This document shows, piece by piece, positions 1-13,329 of a DNA stretch of 44,008 nt (position 1 is its first letter; every line of letters starts with the position of its first letter). The notes under the pieces were generated by a model. That model had not been told where the DNA came from. It ran no database searches and saw only the letters and a list, made by a program, of their open reading frames with translations. Both the position numbers and the translations under genes were made by a program. The DNA comes from Catajapyx aquilonaris. Its lineage: Eukaryota. The stretch lies in NCBI GenBank assembly GCA_000934665.2, contig JYFJ02000410.1:124001-168008 (forward strand). Reading direction: 5' to 3'.

Positions 1-928
1 GTGTGACGTAGCCCCCCCTCCCAAGTTATTAATGGGGCCCATCTGTAGGTGTTTGGTTGGCTCTAAATGCACATAAGCTTCCCCCCCCCTCCTCCTCCTC
101 CTCCTCTTCTTGTCTACTCCGGTTTTAGTCTTGATTTACAGGCCAGGTGAAGCCGAGACGTGTTGGCCGCCCAAATAACGGGCCTTCTGAGAAAACAGAT
201 TCACCTGTTTGCTTGCTATAGACTTGGCTTGCTAGGGAGGGGAAAGACTTTTCCCTCCCTGAATGCAAACTGCTGCTCTTGTTAGAGTTTTAGAAGGTGG
301 CCCTAGCTGTTTGGGAGGAATACCGGCTATTTATCTTCCACGCTATTTACTTTTTAAACTTTATCATCGCTCGAGGACAAACTTATTACATGCGGCTCCG
401 GGAATTGCCAAAATTGGTTTCGAGATTATTAACCAAGCGTAACCCCCCCATCTTCTAACCCTGGAGGCTGTTTCTTGCTCTGTAACTGCATTATACATGT
501 CTGCACAAAAACATGTGGAAGAGCACAGGTGCGCGATGTAATTGTTTTCTGCTCGTTAACACCGCTCATACCCAAGAAAATTCAGTACACCATGAATAAA
601 AGGCAACGACCTGGTATCATGGTAGAGTTGGCACAGAGTCATGAAAACACTCCAGTTCGGAGCCATATCCCCCCCGCTTTCTAGTCGATTGAAAATGAGC
701 TCCCCCCCTAGAGCATATTCCTCCCCCCCGAGGGCCAGAAGAAGGACAGGGAATGAAAATTTGGCACCGCTAAGCGGACATTGGGGCTCGCAGTTGATGC
801 TGCCCGAGAGTCCTCTAAAAGGAACCGAGGGCGATAAGGAATAAGAGAGGAGACACAGTTATTCCCATTGCTTCGAGGTCCGACTCGCAGGTTGCTAGAG
901 ACGATTTTGTATTATTATTTTAGTATTG

Positions 929-1050
929 AAAACTTGGCAAAAAAAAAATCCCCATACTGTTCACGTAGTACCACATACCTCGCACAGATGGCGCATCATC
1001 CCATCCGGACAAACAGAAGTACAGACTAAGGTGTGTTTTACACATATAAT
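929..1050 (-). mobile_element. Dispersed repeat family A copy (putative non-autonomous Helitron/DINE-1-like), internally deleted
   Basis: aaaacttggc...tcacgtagtaccacatacctcgcacagatggcgc...ccggacaaacagaagtacagact matches the other copies. Strand is assigned by the putative 5'-TC end. Confidence 0.7.
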
Positions 1051-3132
1051 ATTCAAATCCTTATTTGTATGACCGAGGCTTCTGATTGGCCCACCGTATA
1101 TTGATTTTGCGATGCTTCCGATTGGCACCCGTTCTGCGTCTGCGCAATGGGGGGAGGCAGCGAGCGCCTCTGGTGGGCGGGAATAGGAACTATTAATATT
1201 TATTAATTTATTTGCTGTAATGAATTTGATATTTTGTTAATTATTTAATACGCTTTATTTAATATTTAACATTCTGCTAATTTATTAATTTTAACGCTTA
1301 TTGGGTAACGCTTCGGGGTATGCAGCGTACCATTAATGACGTAATGTGTGCATTATTCATGTTGCTATGTTATGTTGAGATACTCTGGCCTAATGGGCAA
1401 ATTCCGAGGTAAAAAAAAAAAAATGTCCCGTGTCGAATCTTCATAAGCTAAATTCAAAAGCAGCAGTGTTCAAATCCTTCTCCTGTGAAAATACATGGAT
1501 GATTTACATAAGTAATTTACATTCTGATATGAAAGTAATGCACTAGTAGATGTGGCTTGAGGGGAAAGCAAAGTAATACTATCGGAAACTGTATAAACAG
1601 ATATTACTGTACACATTTAATTCCAACATATCATTTTTGATCCTGCATAAACTCATTATTTTCAACATGTGGCGTTGACTCTAGTAGCTTACAGGTATTT
1701 TATCAGAATTTAATGAAAGTTTATTCCAGCGCAACGTCTTGAACTTAATGCGCCCTCGGCAATGTTCATTCTTCTTTGGCGCTTCGCAAAATTATGTCCT
1801 TAAAACTTCATTGCAAAATCTCGTTGAGAGAGTAAGCATGTTGCTTTAATGAGATATGAAGCAGACATTTCCTGCTTTTAAAATATTTATTACAAATTTG
1901 GATTCAAGATTGAATATTTTTTTGATGCAGTACGCATAACAATGGGTACATTTTTATCCTGACTATCGAGGGCAACCCAAGCGTCTCTATTGTTACGCGG
2001 GTGGCCTGCAGTCTAGGAACGCACATTAGAACCAATTTTATTTAACCTGTAGGCAATGCAATGAGAGGTATATGGATTTAAAGTTCGTTGCCCAAACAAA
2101 TGGAATTTCGAATTCCCCGTGTAATTCCATTGATGACATCAGGTTATTACCGATTGGCCTCAGGTGTATCCTTTTAATAGCACTTTCTGCGGTTCACGGT
2201 CTAATTAAGCTAATGTAAAGAATCACAATGTTAGTTTACCCTCCGTGTTCAACACGAGCACTCTTTTACGCCTCGGGCTCGCCCTTCATTTTTTCACGTA
2301 AAAAAACGTGATGGGGGACGATGTTATTAATGAAAACGTAATTAATGGGTTCAATAATCCACAATAATGATATTGACACAAGAAGAGACTAGGTATTACC
2401 TAACAGCACATTGCTCTCCAATTACAGTCCGTAATATATTTATTTTTGCCAGCTAATGTTCAACATATTATACAACGTGAACATTAGCTGCAAATATTAG
2501 TTATTTTAGATAAACAAAATTACTTTCTAATATAAGTTGGTTGGGGTAAAATTAAATTCTTTCCAATATTAGATAATTATTTTGACTGTAACAAAATTGG
2601 TTTTTAAGATTAGTTAGTTTGGAAAAATAAAATTAGCTTCTAATATTAGGCTTAGTCGAGTCATTATAAAAACATTATTTTTTCGCGTACTCGTATAAAA
2701 TTTTTGAGTCCAGTTCTCATAAAATCACATAATCATTTCACGAATTAATGTCAACATGTCAATCACTAACCTTCAAAACAATTGTGATTTTTTTTTTCGG
2801 AACGTGCTTTATGTACCTGAAATTTACGCATCCCAACAATGCGGGTAGTTAAGAACTTGTTGTACCAAAAATTGCAAACCGCCTCTACTGTGGAAATATT
2901 TGCCTACTTTGTGTTGTCCGTGCCCTGCCGGACCTGTACGTGACGTGTAGTTTAATCCCAATCAAACAAATCGTGCGATATCCTAGTCCCTTTAAAGCCT
3001 CTCTGCGATAAAAACGCATCACTTTAATCGCTCTATAGTTGGAGAGGAGTTACATGAGGTGCAAAAATTCTGCCAAATTTTGCGAGATCAAATATTTTCT
3101 GCAAAATAATTTGTAAAATGTTACTAGGAGTG

Positions 3133-3230
3133 GGCTGTCTTTCAATTTGTTTGTCCACGTATAGTACCACTACCCTCGCATGACCTTGAAAGGGTGCGCC
3201 ATTACGTGGGAAGTGTTGCCAAATTTTGGC
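3133..3230 (+). mobile_element. Repeat family A copy, deleted
   Basis: ttgtttgtcc...tagtaccactaccctcgcatgaccttga...gcgccattacgtggg.agtgttgccaaattttggc: family modules in family order. Confidence 0.65.
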
Positions 3231-4249
3231 AAGAAGTTCCTGTCTCTGCTATCACCATTACACAACGTTACATGTTACAACTCTCCTTGAACCCTGCAGA
3301 ATATTAAACGAGTCTGCGGAATCGATTCAAGGAGCGGTTGAGACAGAGAGAGGGAGAGACTCTTCTTTTTACTTCCTCCTGAGGCAACGTCAGGTGGAAC
3401 AAATTGCAACAACGGGGCGAAAAAAGTCGCCTGTTTCTAAAACGAACTTAATTTTCCTCTCAAGAGCTTGCAAATTCAGAGAATTTTGCACGCAGCGTCT
3501 TCAGAAAACGCCTTGAAACAATAATTTTACTTATTACGCCTGAGGGTACCAGAGTCAAAGAAAGTTTTTGAAGGTTGTGTGTTATTTTTTTGCGTGCGAA
3601 ATTGACGCGGGTCTGGTCGGATTTTGGCGATGGAAGGACTGCGGAGAAGAGATTGTGTTTGTGGAAAAAAAAGCAGGGTGTGAAAGTCGCACGTTGGAAA
3701 TTTCACGGCGTGCCACGGCGCTAAGTGTCGTTTTATCGCCTCGGAATAGCCGAGCGTAAATTTTGATTTGCACAGTTTTCTCCTCCACTCAGTCGCAGAG
3801 TTCTGCAATGCATTTTTCGCGAATCAAGACACTCTTAAAGATGTTGTTCATAAATGATTTATAGTGCGCCTGAATTTATTTGCAAGCATAGAAGAGCTCA
3901 AATTTTTGAAGCTTCTTTTTCTCAATTTGCAAACTGTGATTTGCAAATTCATTACTCGTGAGTCAGGTAATTTATTGTGTAAAATTATTATTTCTCACGA
4001 TTTGTTTGATCTGGTTAACACTTTCCAAAATATCAAATATTTCTAAGAATTTCAAATAATTCCAGAATATCAAAGATTTCCAAGAAAATTACATAATATT
4101 GCTAACCTCAATATTGCCCAAATATATGATAAAATTGTTGGTAATTATTAGGTCTACGCGTTTCATTTAGTCAATAAGATCCTGTACCGTATTTTCATGT
4201 ACAAGGCGATTCAAATTTGAGTCACTGATAAAATATTTATTATTATTAT

Positions 4250-4700
4250 TTAATCATTGAAATAGAACCGTTTATTGATTTCTCCTCATGTGAATAATTA
4301 ATTCTAATTGAATAAATAGCTCATTTTCTTATTGTTTGAATCAGTTCTCTCAGGTCGAATAAATCAATGATTTTGAGATTGTTTGAATCAGTTCTCTTAG
4401 GTCGAATAAATCAATGATTTCTTGACCAAAAAATCATTGAGATTCTAATTGAATAAATTGATGATTTTAGATTGAATATATCATTGATTTTTGACTTAAA
4501 AATCATTGATTTTCCCATTGAATAAATCACTGATGTTGATTGAATAAATTACTGATTTTCTGACTGAATTAATAATTGACTCTATGATTGAGTGATGAAG
4601 CTTCGGTTGATTTCATGATTGAGTGAATCAATGCCTTTTGAGTGACCGAATCGTTGATTTTATACGAAAGGAATCATTAATTTGATTTGACTGATTGATG
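4250..4700. repeat. Degenerate AT-rich minisatellite
   Basis: Recurring ttgaataaatcattgatt-like units; near-exact 47-bp duplication starting at 4331 and 4378. Confidence 0.7.
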
Positions 4701-5414
4701 GAATCATCATGGGTGCCAATCTGCCAGATTATTCCTTCAATCTCAATACGACTCTCGTGATACATAAAATAGAAACATGTAGAAAATATGACTGTCCCCA
4801 GATGAGCCTTCCCCCTGAACGTTATCATCGGCGAATCGTGGTTCCCTCCGGTTCTTGCAGATTAGGCTGACAGGAATCTGGCTTTGTGCCCGGTCCATGC
4901 ATCTTGCAGGGCTGCCCCCCCACTCTCCCACCCTCTCTCTTCTCTATATATACTATCCCTCCCTCAGAATTGAATCCTCCCCACCCATCCTCCCCCTTTT
5001 GCGCTGCGCTGAAGGACAAGATGTCTCATTTCAGGCAACTACCAGAATTTCCCATGTCGCGATTATTTCCCTTGACGTCGGCAAGAATGATCTATCTGCA
5101 AGTGCCAGGATGTGCGGATCACATTTTCAGAGTAGGGTGAGGTGGAGGAGGATGTGTCTAGGGATGGAAGGAGGGAGGGAGGGAGGAAGCGGATTGAGTT
5201 TGGGTACCAGGTGTCTGCGCATAAAGTTAGATTGGATATCTGGTATAGTCATTTGGGGGTGGAAAGTTTTGAGGGTGATAGTTGGACATCTTTTTTAACG
5301 ACTGGTTTGAGGAGATGTAGGCAGATTTAAGGCCGGTTTACTGATTATTTCTGCTGAGACAGTGTCTATGTTTTAGATGTTTTTTTTTTTTTTTTTTTTT
5401 ACAAACGAAACTGA

Positions 5415-5593
5415 AGCCCCGGTTACATGTGAGCGATTTGACAAGCGGAGCGGAGCGAAGTAACCAATATTGTTTGAGGTGAAAGTAACAATCTATTTTC
5501 GCCTCAAACAATACTGGTTTCCTTGGGTTACTCAGCGATGTTACCGCTCGGAGAACACTTCGCTCGTAAAATCGCTCACATGTAAACGCAGCT
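5415..5593. mobile_element. Palindromic MITE (PIF/Harbinger-like ends, tentative)
   Basis: Outer IR ttacatgtgagcgattt / aaatcgctcacatgtaa; inner IR accaatattgtttgaggtgaaa / tttcgcctcaaacaatactggt. Confidence 0.7.
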
Positions 5594-5604
5594 AAAGTAC
5601 TACG

Positions 5605-5975
5605 CACCACAGTTCGCGTAGCTTGCACGGTTAGCATTATCAATGATATCTGGTAGGCTCCCTGTATATTGGATGTACTGTTACATAAGCATTGCACTTA
5701 TTTCCAACGCTACACTTGTGAGGAAACAAAATGGCCGACTTTTTGCGACGTTGCAAAGGCTGTGGGAGTCTCAGAGTCTACGGATTTGAAGTATTCAAAA
5801 TTAGGCTATATAGGCCTATTCAAAATTTGACCTAATAATTATTTATTATTACGATATTATTCTCAATTATTATATTCAATTTTTAGTCTTGGAGGACTAA
5901 CATACTATGGCAGTATGGCTACGTTGTTGTAAGAACAATGAAGCTGCGCGAGTGTGGGTGCGCACACAGTTGACC
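5605..5975. mobile_element. MITE family B, interrupted copy
   Basis: 5605-5762 (cgcaccacagtt..tgcacggttagcattatcaatgata..cataagcattgcacttatttccaac..aaaatggccgac) and 5917-5975 (gttgttgtaagaacaatgaagctgcgcg..ggtgcgcac) match 30096-30303, with about 150 bp of extra sequence between. Confidence 0.7.
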
Positions 5976-8521
5976 TTGAAAAATCTTCTAAAATATATCA
6001 AAGTTTGTTTGTTTGTCCAGGTTTGGTTACCATGACAACCCATGCCTCTTTCATTTTGTGACTTTCTTCTAAGCCTATCCCAACTTGTTCCGTCCCAGCC
6101 TGTGCCCATTTTGTACCCATTTGTGCCCCTCTCACATTACACACGTCCATGCCCCTTGCAAATAATGACATCCCAACCCTTCACCCTTCCCTCTGGTGTT
6201 GTCATCTATCAACACCAATCTGTTTCAAACGTACTAAAACCTGACTTGCAACGAGTTTCCGGGTCGAAATGGGCCAAGTCAAGCATCGTTAGTCAAGTTT
6301 CCAGCCGCCAGAGTTTTATGGGTTCCCATCACATTTTTTTTGGTCTCTTTCTCTCTCAGGGTTGTCCCCTCTCTCTCTCTTTTTTTTAGTTTTACACCTA
6401 TGCTACCCTGCACTAATAATCCGGTCACGTCCATTCGATACACAGGCCAGTGGTCAACCCCCTCTTTTTTTGAGGGGTGGAGGGGCACCCCCGAAATTTC
6501 CTTTCCATTTGCATCCCCCCTTTTACATCACGTCACGTGGACCTTTTAGTGGCATTTCCCTAATGCAGGGGGATTTCAACTAGGGACACTCTTTTTTTTT
6601 GAGAGGGGAGGGGGGACATGGACAGGGAACGCATACTACAGGGAATATGACTGCCTGCTGGGTCGTAAATGGGCCAGGAATGACGGGGACATGTTGTTAT
6701 TCCCTGCAGTTACTGGCATTACAGTGCTGGGAAGGGGGCAGTTAATTTGCAGGAACTTTTTTTCCATTGAAATAAGCCCTGTAGTGGAGTGAATTTGAAC
6801 GATTAAGTTGCTCCATTTGTGTCAACAATGGGGGTCAAATCGTGGTTATTTTAGGAATTTTTTGATACGATTTTGTTCTGCCACTTTCCGTCACACTAGT
6901 ATACCAATCACGGTCCGTCACGCTGTGCCTAATATTGCATTAAATTTTATTTCCATGGCAAATATTATCAGCGGATATTTGCAAAGAGAATGAAAATTTG
7001 CCAAATTGAATTGTGATAAAGGTTTCAGGTGACACTAATTCAATAATTTCAAATGAAATCGTAATTAAATTATAATGGTGTAATATAATAACAATATGCA
7101 AATAATGAACTATGGGCCTAACTATAATAATGATAAGAGAGAATAAGCAAATAAGAACAATACATAATATGGATTTAAATTACACTTCATACACCAATAA
7201 GAATTCACATTATTTGATATTTTGACACAATTTGTTAGTACAGTACCTTACGATACATACACCAAGCACTTTCTCTTTAAACTGTTGATGGGTTAAACAC
7301 ATTTTCTCGCCTCATACACACGCTGATTGCACTGCTGTCATTGCTAATCAAGTCTCAATAACAAAAAAGCTTTTAAAAAGTCAAATTACATCACTCTGTC
7401 CATTTTTTAAAAAGCAATCTAATAAGCATATTTAGGCTTAGCTAAAATCCTGCCCTGCAAATTTTTTGGGGGTACAAAATACACAAAAACATGACAGTAA
7501 ACGATTGTCAATCATAACCCGATTCCCAAGCATGTGCGTGTAATTTGATTTAGCGCAACGACAAGTTTTCATAAACGCGATGGATTTTTCAGGCATGATT
7601 AATATTCCCAATGCAACTCTTCTCATGTGACCGGACAGGTGTGTGCGGTTAGGGTCACATTTGAACCCTATTTTTTGTGCTAAATGTCCCACAATATCAT
7701 GGCCACATTAGTGAAATTGAGGCGATTTTTCACTCTCGGGTTGTCCTCCAGAAGATGTGTCTATCGAGCTTGACTTTTTTAGCTGTATTGTTGGGCCGAA
7801 CTCTATTCATCACGTGTGATAAAGCTAAAATTTTCATCGGCCAAAAAAACGAGGTCAGTTTTTCAGGTGACGGTGCAGGCAGCCATTCATAATCAGTTAA
7901 GAACAACCGGGCGTCCATTAGCTGTAATATGGATGACAGGAAGAGGAAAAAAAGTATTATTACTGGCTGAAAATGTAATGTGTGCAATCATTGCCAGTAC
8001 GTATATTACAAAAATTGTCGATTGCTGAGCTTTTAAACTGCTGAAAAGAACGTTGTTGGCGTTGGGTAGTGCAAAAAAAAAAGGTGGGGAGCGAGGACCA
8101 TCATTACACGGTGCATCCATTACACCACCTGTTTGCACATGTAACTGGTGGTGTACAGTACCTGCAGCGGATCCATAACAGGAAGGCGTGACACTCCCTC
8201 ACATAATGAAAACAGATGGGGGATAGCATGACAATTACACGGCAAAGTGAAGCCATGCAAAGTTGCTTCTCGTTGTTGTTTTTTTTTGCGCACAGGAACG
8301 GTTGAGGTGAATTTAATTTTGAACTGACCTTTAGCTGCAATATGACACGTTGTGCATAAAACTTGTTTTGCGCATTTGCGTAGTGAGGGAGCTGATATGT
8401 CACATGTATTTGGCAGATTCAAACGTGTGTCACAATGTTTCTCGCAGAATTAGACGCAAAACGGTTGTGGTATACAATATTATGAAACAATATCTAAGAA
8501 ACAATTTCTATGATTTAAAAC

Positions 8522-8879
8522 ATTTATTATTAACGTACAGGTCATGTTTGGTCATCATTTTACCTCATATCCGAAGTGACAAGAATATCTTACAATCGTG
8601 GTACCAATTATTATGCATCGATTTAACTTGGATATTACAGCAAGTAATTTAATTCCGAAAAAATTGCAGCAACTTCTAGATGATTTTGCTAATAATATTA
8701 CAGATTTTTTTCATAATTAAATTACTTGCTGCAAGATTTCTAGGATTTTCTAGAAAAACATTTTCGTGAAAATTGATGTGAATTATTACAATTGGTACCA
8801 CGGTGTTAAGATATTTTTGTCACTTCGGATATTAGGTAAAAATTCATGACCAAACATGACCTGTACGTAAGTAATAAAT
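8522..8879. mobile_element. Fold-back/MITE with about 90-100 bp inverted arms
   Basis: Left arm acgtacaggtcatgtttggtcat..ttttacctcatatccgaagtgacaagaatatctta..cgtggtaccaatt is the near reverse complement of 8790-8879. The core TA|CAGGTC...GACCTG|TA (8538-8863) is Tc1/mariner-like. A third partial arm lies at about 8909-8957. Confidence 0.8.
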
Positions 8880-10023
8880 TATTATCTATTATTAATGTAT
8901 AAGTCACACATGTTTGGTCATAATTTTGTCTAAAATCCGAAGTGACTAAGATATCTTCTAAAATTATCGGATTGCTTCTGCCGAATAATATTTGTTACAG
9001 TGTGAAGCAATTATTTCATCGTTTCATGTCACTGTAATGTAAATTTTTTACATTGATTTTAAATATTTAAATTTACATAGCCTAGCTTTCGTCCCGTAAA
9101 AGGAACCTTCTGCATTTGACTACAGTAATTTCTGCGGTCATGTTTACCTTGGCTCCATTTTTACGACCGGTTTTAGCTCGTGGTAATTCAGGGGAGGGTT
9201 ACATCTGAGCCACATCGTTTGGCTTTCCGTCAACACACACTGGTTACTCCCAACCGGTCCTTTGGCGCAAAGAAATTAATACCCTTTGCGTGAATGGCGG
9301 AAGATGGAAATTTAGGGCTCCTTCCGCAAAACCGGCTCCAAAATAAAGTAATGCGGGTAATGAAACGTCGTTCGATTTTATAATTTGCAGACTTTGCTCC
9401 CCCTCCTGTTTCAACCCACCTCCTTGGTAATTACCAGCATGGGGAGGGCTAGTGGAAAAGCGGTTATTATCAGGAATAATGGGCAGGCCCCCTAGATTTA
9501 AAGAACCAGCGTGACGAAACCAGGTACCGGCCCACCTTCTTCCATTTTTTTTTACCCTTGCCCAAATTTTAATGGGGAGATTTTCTTTGGGCCCAGGCCG
9601 ACTGACTCCTTTCAAGGGTTATATTTAGGCATTTTTTGGCTCTTATGTGTGCTTTCCACCGGATTCTGTTTCATTCGTGACGGGAAATTAGGGGTATTTT
9701 GGCCCTCCCAGAGAACAAGGAGCGGATTTAGCAGAGTCAGGTAGGAAGTACTCGCAATTTGTGTACTACACGGTACTCTCTGCACGGCCATAAAATTATC
9801 CTCCGCATTAATTTGCCTCCGTCACGTCCTGCAGGTTTTATAACTTGTGAAGGAGCAGCGTACGCCATCTAGAAATTTCCTTCCCAACTTTCAGCACCAA
9901 GTACAATGTTTCTGAAAATCTGGACAAGCAAACAAACAAACACATTAACATTCCCTGGACTACCAAACAACCTTAGTCTGGACAACAAAAAAACCGTGAC
10001 TCCTATAATAATAGATATACGTA

Positions 10024-10328
10024 CAGGGTGTTTCAACTTTTTTGTTCGAACAGTTATCGGAACTGTAAGCAGTGACTAGCAAACGGTGATTTTTTCGGAG
10101 GAACAGGGAATATTCTATGCGAATCGTAGGTTGAAGTGGCTTCCCATCTGAAAATTGAGGGTCAAGCCTGGAAAAAAATAGGGTCACCCTTGCCATGGGA
10201 TGTGTGACCCTCTTTTTCCCCATTCCCCATTCCTCCTACAAATCACCTGCTGCAAGTCACTGTTTACAAAGTAGCAGCTACGTGCAATTTCCCGATAACT
10301 GTTCGGACAAAAAAGTTGAAACATCCTG
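10024..10328. mobile_element. Tc1/mariner-type MITE
   Basis: TIRs cagggtgtttcaacttttttgttcgaacagttatcgg / ccgataactgttcggacaaaaaagttgaaacatcctg (about 37 bp, 2 mismatches), flanked by TA at 10022-10023 and 10329-10330. A further inner IR: taagcagtgactagca / tgcaagtcactgttta. Confidence 0.85.
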
Positions 10329-11560
10329 TATAATTGAATATGAAAATGATCGAGAGAGACTACAATCATTACTTTTAGTGCATGTAGGTATAATCCAAGA
10401 AAAATGTGTATAAATCTGATCAATTATTACACGTGTACTACATGAATATACATTATCAGATACACCGAAGTGAATTTGAGCTCGAACTTTTAATGTGATT
10501 GCCGTTTTGCAGCACAGTTTGAAGTAATTAGAACCGCTTCATTCCAAGTGGTACTTTGGCCCTCGAACTGGGGGTTTAATATTACGGAACATTGCTTGAA
10601 GGAGGTAGGTAATAGACTCGGATTGGGGAGCCTCGAAATAATCTTCTTGCAAGGAATTTCCAAGGAAACGATTTTATGTATGTTTCTTAAAAAGTGCGTA
10701 AGGTCATTTGAATTCTGTTCGGGTATTAGGAACCTTTCATATAATTCCCAACCGTGCCTCGTCTCTTAAATTGGTAAGCATATAACACATGATCCAGTTT
10801 GCTGAAAGTTTTGTTGGGAGTGAAGGCAGGTCCCAACTCACCCCAGTCGTAGTTACCCCCAAAAGTTTTGGCCCCCGACTCTTCAGGGTGGTGGGTAAAG
10901 TGGGTCCCTGGTGGACTCCTGAGAAGAGCGAAAGGTGCAAAGCAGCTTCTTTAATTTAAAACACCTCGTTAAGCTTTAGCAGAGGCTTGGGCCAACATGC
11001 ATACAGTATCTCTAGCGGTTTCATAATCAGGGCCGGGCAATTTAAATTAGCCTTGGTACTTCCCCCCCTGCTTTTCAAGAAACTCTGAAGAAAGTCGGCT
11101 TAAGCAAACCTTCTGCCATCACCGCCGATTTCAAACTTCATCCGGTATGCCGTATATTTTATTCCGGATGGTCGGAATTAGAAGTCGAAGGGGAGCCCCG
11201 GATTTTTGGAGTTTGGGTTGGGAAAAAAGGATCGAAAAAGGACGCGAACTCTGGTATATATATGTATATACTTTTTTTTGCTAGCTTCTTGGGAAAACGG
11301 GAGGAAAGAAGTTTTGGTAATTCGCCCCAGGTTTAAGATTCAGACGTGAGTTTTCGGAGCGCGGTTTTTTTTACGTCAAAGCCGTGATTTCCATAGCTGG
11401 TGGGTGGTTTCAGAGAGGACTTATTGCGTTAGGATGTTCAGTTAGGGCAAAGGCATGAAGATTTGCTCCAGGCAGACACCTTCTAGTCAAACACGGATTA
11501 AAAAGTCTAATCGAAAAGTCGAAATATTTTGTAGTAATATAGTAACTACTGACGGGCCCA

Positions 11561-11777
11561 CAACTTGGCAACACTGCGCTGGGGCGCATCCTAACCTAAC
11601 CCTAACGTTGCCCTAACGTCACACTAATCCTACCTTCCCTAATTGTAGCCTAACCTAATCTAACCCTAAATTAACCTAACCGAACTCACAGTACAGCCAC
11701 TCTGAGGGTCTTGCGATGGGTAGTTGTACTACATGCACCTATCCGGACAAACAGAGGCACATACCAATTTTATATGA
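11561..11777 (-). mobile_element. Repeat family A copy with internal (CCTAA)n tract
   Basis: aacttggcaacactg, then a CTAAC-type tract at about 11590-11680, then gccactctgagggtcttgcgatgggtagttgtactacatgc..ccggacaaacagaggcac..ccaattttatatga|t. Confidence 0.75.
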
Positions 11778-13206
11778 TATCAGGGAGATTGAAATATTTA
11801 ATCAGAGAGGTTGGAACTTGATCCCTGTTCAACAAAAAATGGCGAAAAACAGAGGCAGATGGTGGTTAGACGTGGCATTTAGTCGGTCGTATCCTGGGCT
11901 TAGAAAAGCGTCGTTTCGAGACCTCTTGGCATTCATTAGGCCTCGGCGTGAAGGGAATTCAAGGTGCGATGGCAACTCGATAGTCCCTTCGGTTTCCGTG
12001 CACCAGACCGGTAATAGAGGATGAGCATGTTATCCCTTTACAAAGGAAAAAGAGGGGGGGGGGTGAGAGAGAAAGAGAGAGAACAAAGTGTCCTCGAATG
12101 CATATATTCAGCCCCGCTTTAGATTAATGAAAACTCCATTTTCCATATGCACTTTACGAGCTGGAGGCCCTACACCTCACATTATTATCCGGTTGATTAT
12201 GGATGTTGTGAGGTCAGTCGGCGGAAAGGTCCCAGAAGTCCCAGGCCTCAGTGTGTGAGCAATACACGCATCAGGACAAGGAAACATATATCTTCAAGTC
12301 GAAATATATTTTGGGTGACTGAAGAGTGTTTCCGGACGTTAACTCTGGAGTTTAATTCATGTTCATCACTCCCTGCCTGTTAACTAGACACAGAGAACCG
12401 GAAGCAAACGTTTCTTTTACTGCTAATAGGATGACTAATGAACAACTGACCCTTGATGGTGGGGTCGGAGGAATGCTAATTTCGCCAGGATGTTCTCGTT
12501 ACACTTGCTGCACCGCTTGCTTTTTGGGGGGAGGTTTGGGGAGGAGGGACATTAATCAACGTGCGTGAGACTGCTGGGTCCATACGCCCCAAAGGATTGT
12601 AACTTAAACAACCAACTTTGCTTGGCTTGTTGGAGCAACAGATTCCTTGTTACCGCTTTTGAAATGATAAACACTAGTAATCAAAACAAATTGGCGCATT
12701 ACAAACGTTAACTAATTAACAAACACATAAACAATTTCCAAACAATGAAAAACCTTCCCCAATTAACATAAAACAAATACATAATCAAACCTGTACAAAC
12801 AGCACTAATAGAGAGTTAAACATTATGCATTGTTATTTATTCACCCTGATTTACATTGCGAATATTGTTACTTGGATTGAGGTCCGTCCGATTTCTCCAG
12901 GTTTGGCACATTGTTCTGGCCCCTGAAGGTTCCAAGTCTGTCGGGACAATCGGGAAAGTTAGCCCCCTGAATCCCTGAAAGCCGTTTCGTGTTCCGTTCC
13001 TTCCTCTGCCGGATGGACAAGCTGCAGCCTAATGTTATGCCCAAGGAGTGAAAAAAAAAACGTCAGGTGTCCATCTTTCCATCGCTCTCCATTCTTTTTG
13101 CGCGCAGATAATCCTTTAGTAATCTACGCTAGTGTATATAAAGGTCTCTATTTTTTGTGGGGCGAGTACTGCTAAATGGACTTTCATTGTTTCCTGTCCT
13201 TCGCAG

Positions 13207-13329
13207 GCCTCAACACCAAAACAGCTGTCTCCATCCTCAACTGCCTTTTGGCCCGTCAACTTTGCATGGACGATGCTTCCTGCTCAGCCATACTCGAGAT
13301 CATCCCTAGAGTCTGCGGGCCTGAACTTG
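13207..13329 (+). CDS. Gfrl: Internal coding exon of GDNF family receptor alpha-like protein (end of signal peptide plus start of first Cys-rich GDNF/GAS1 domain)
   Basis: Pyrimidine tract and acceptor ttcattgtttcctgtccttcgcAG end at 13206; donor GTAAGT at 13330-13335. The 123 nt read phase 1-1 as gc + 40 codons + g = (G)LNTKTAVSILNCLLARQLCMDDASCSAILEIIPRVCGPEL(V). From memory this closely matches the Drosophila Gfrl N-terminus (ILNCILARQLCFEDPSCSAILEIIPRVCGP). Flanking exons not found in the window. Confidence 0.9.

Noticed and set aside
3330..3830. Possible promoter/5' UTR (GA-rich tract, TCAGTC Inr-like motif at 3789)
   Set aside because: No TATA box or correctly spaced DPE; such short motifs are common by chance.
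7755..7866. Candidate Gfrl signal-peptide exon (MCLSSLTFLAVLLG...SFS/G with CAG|GTGACG); also MYILFFASFLG... near 11262
   Set aside because: A phase-1 donor is possible, but both peptides place charged residues after the hydrophobic stretch and do not resemble the short leader expected. Not supportable without RNA-seq.
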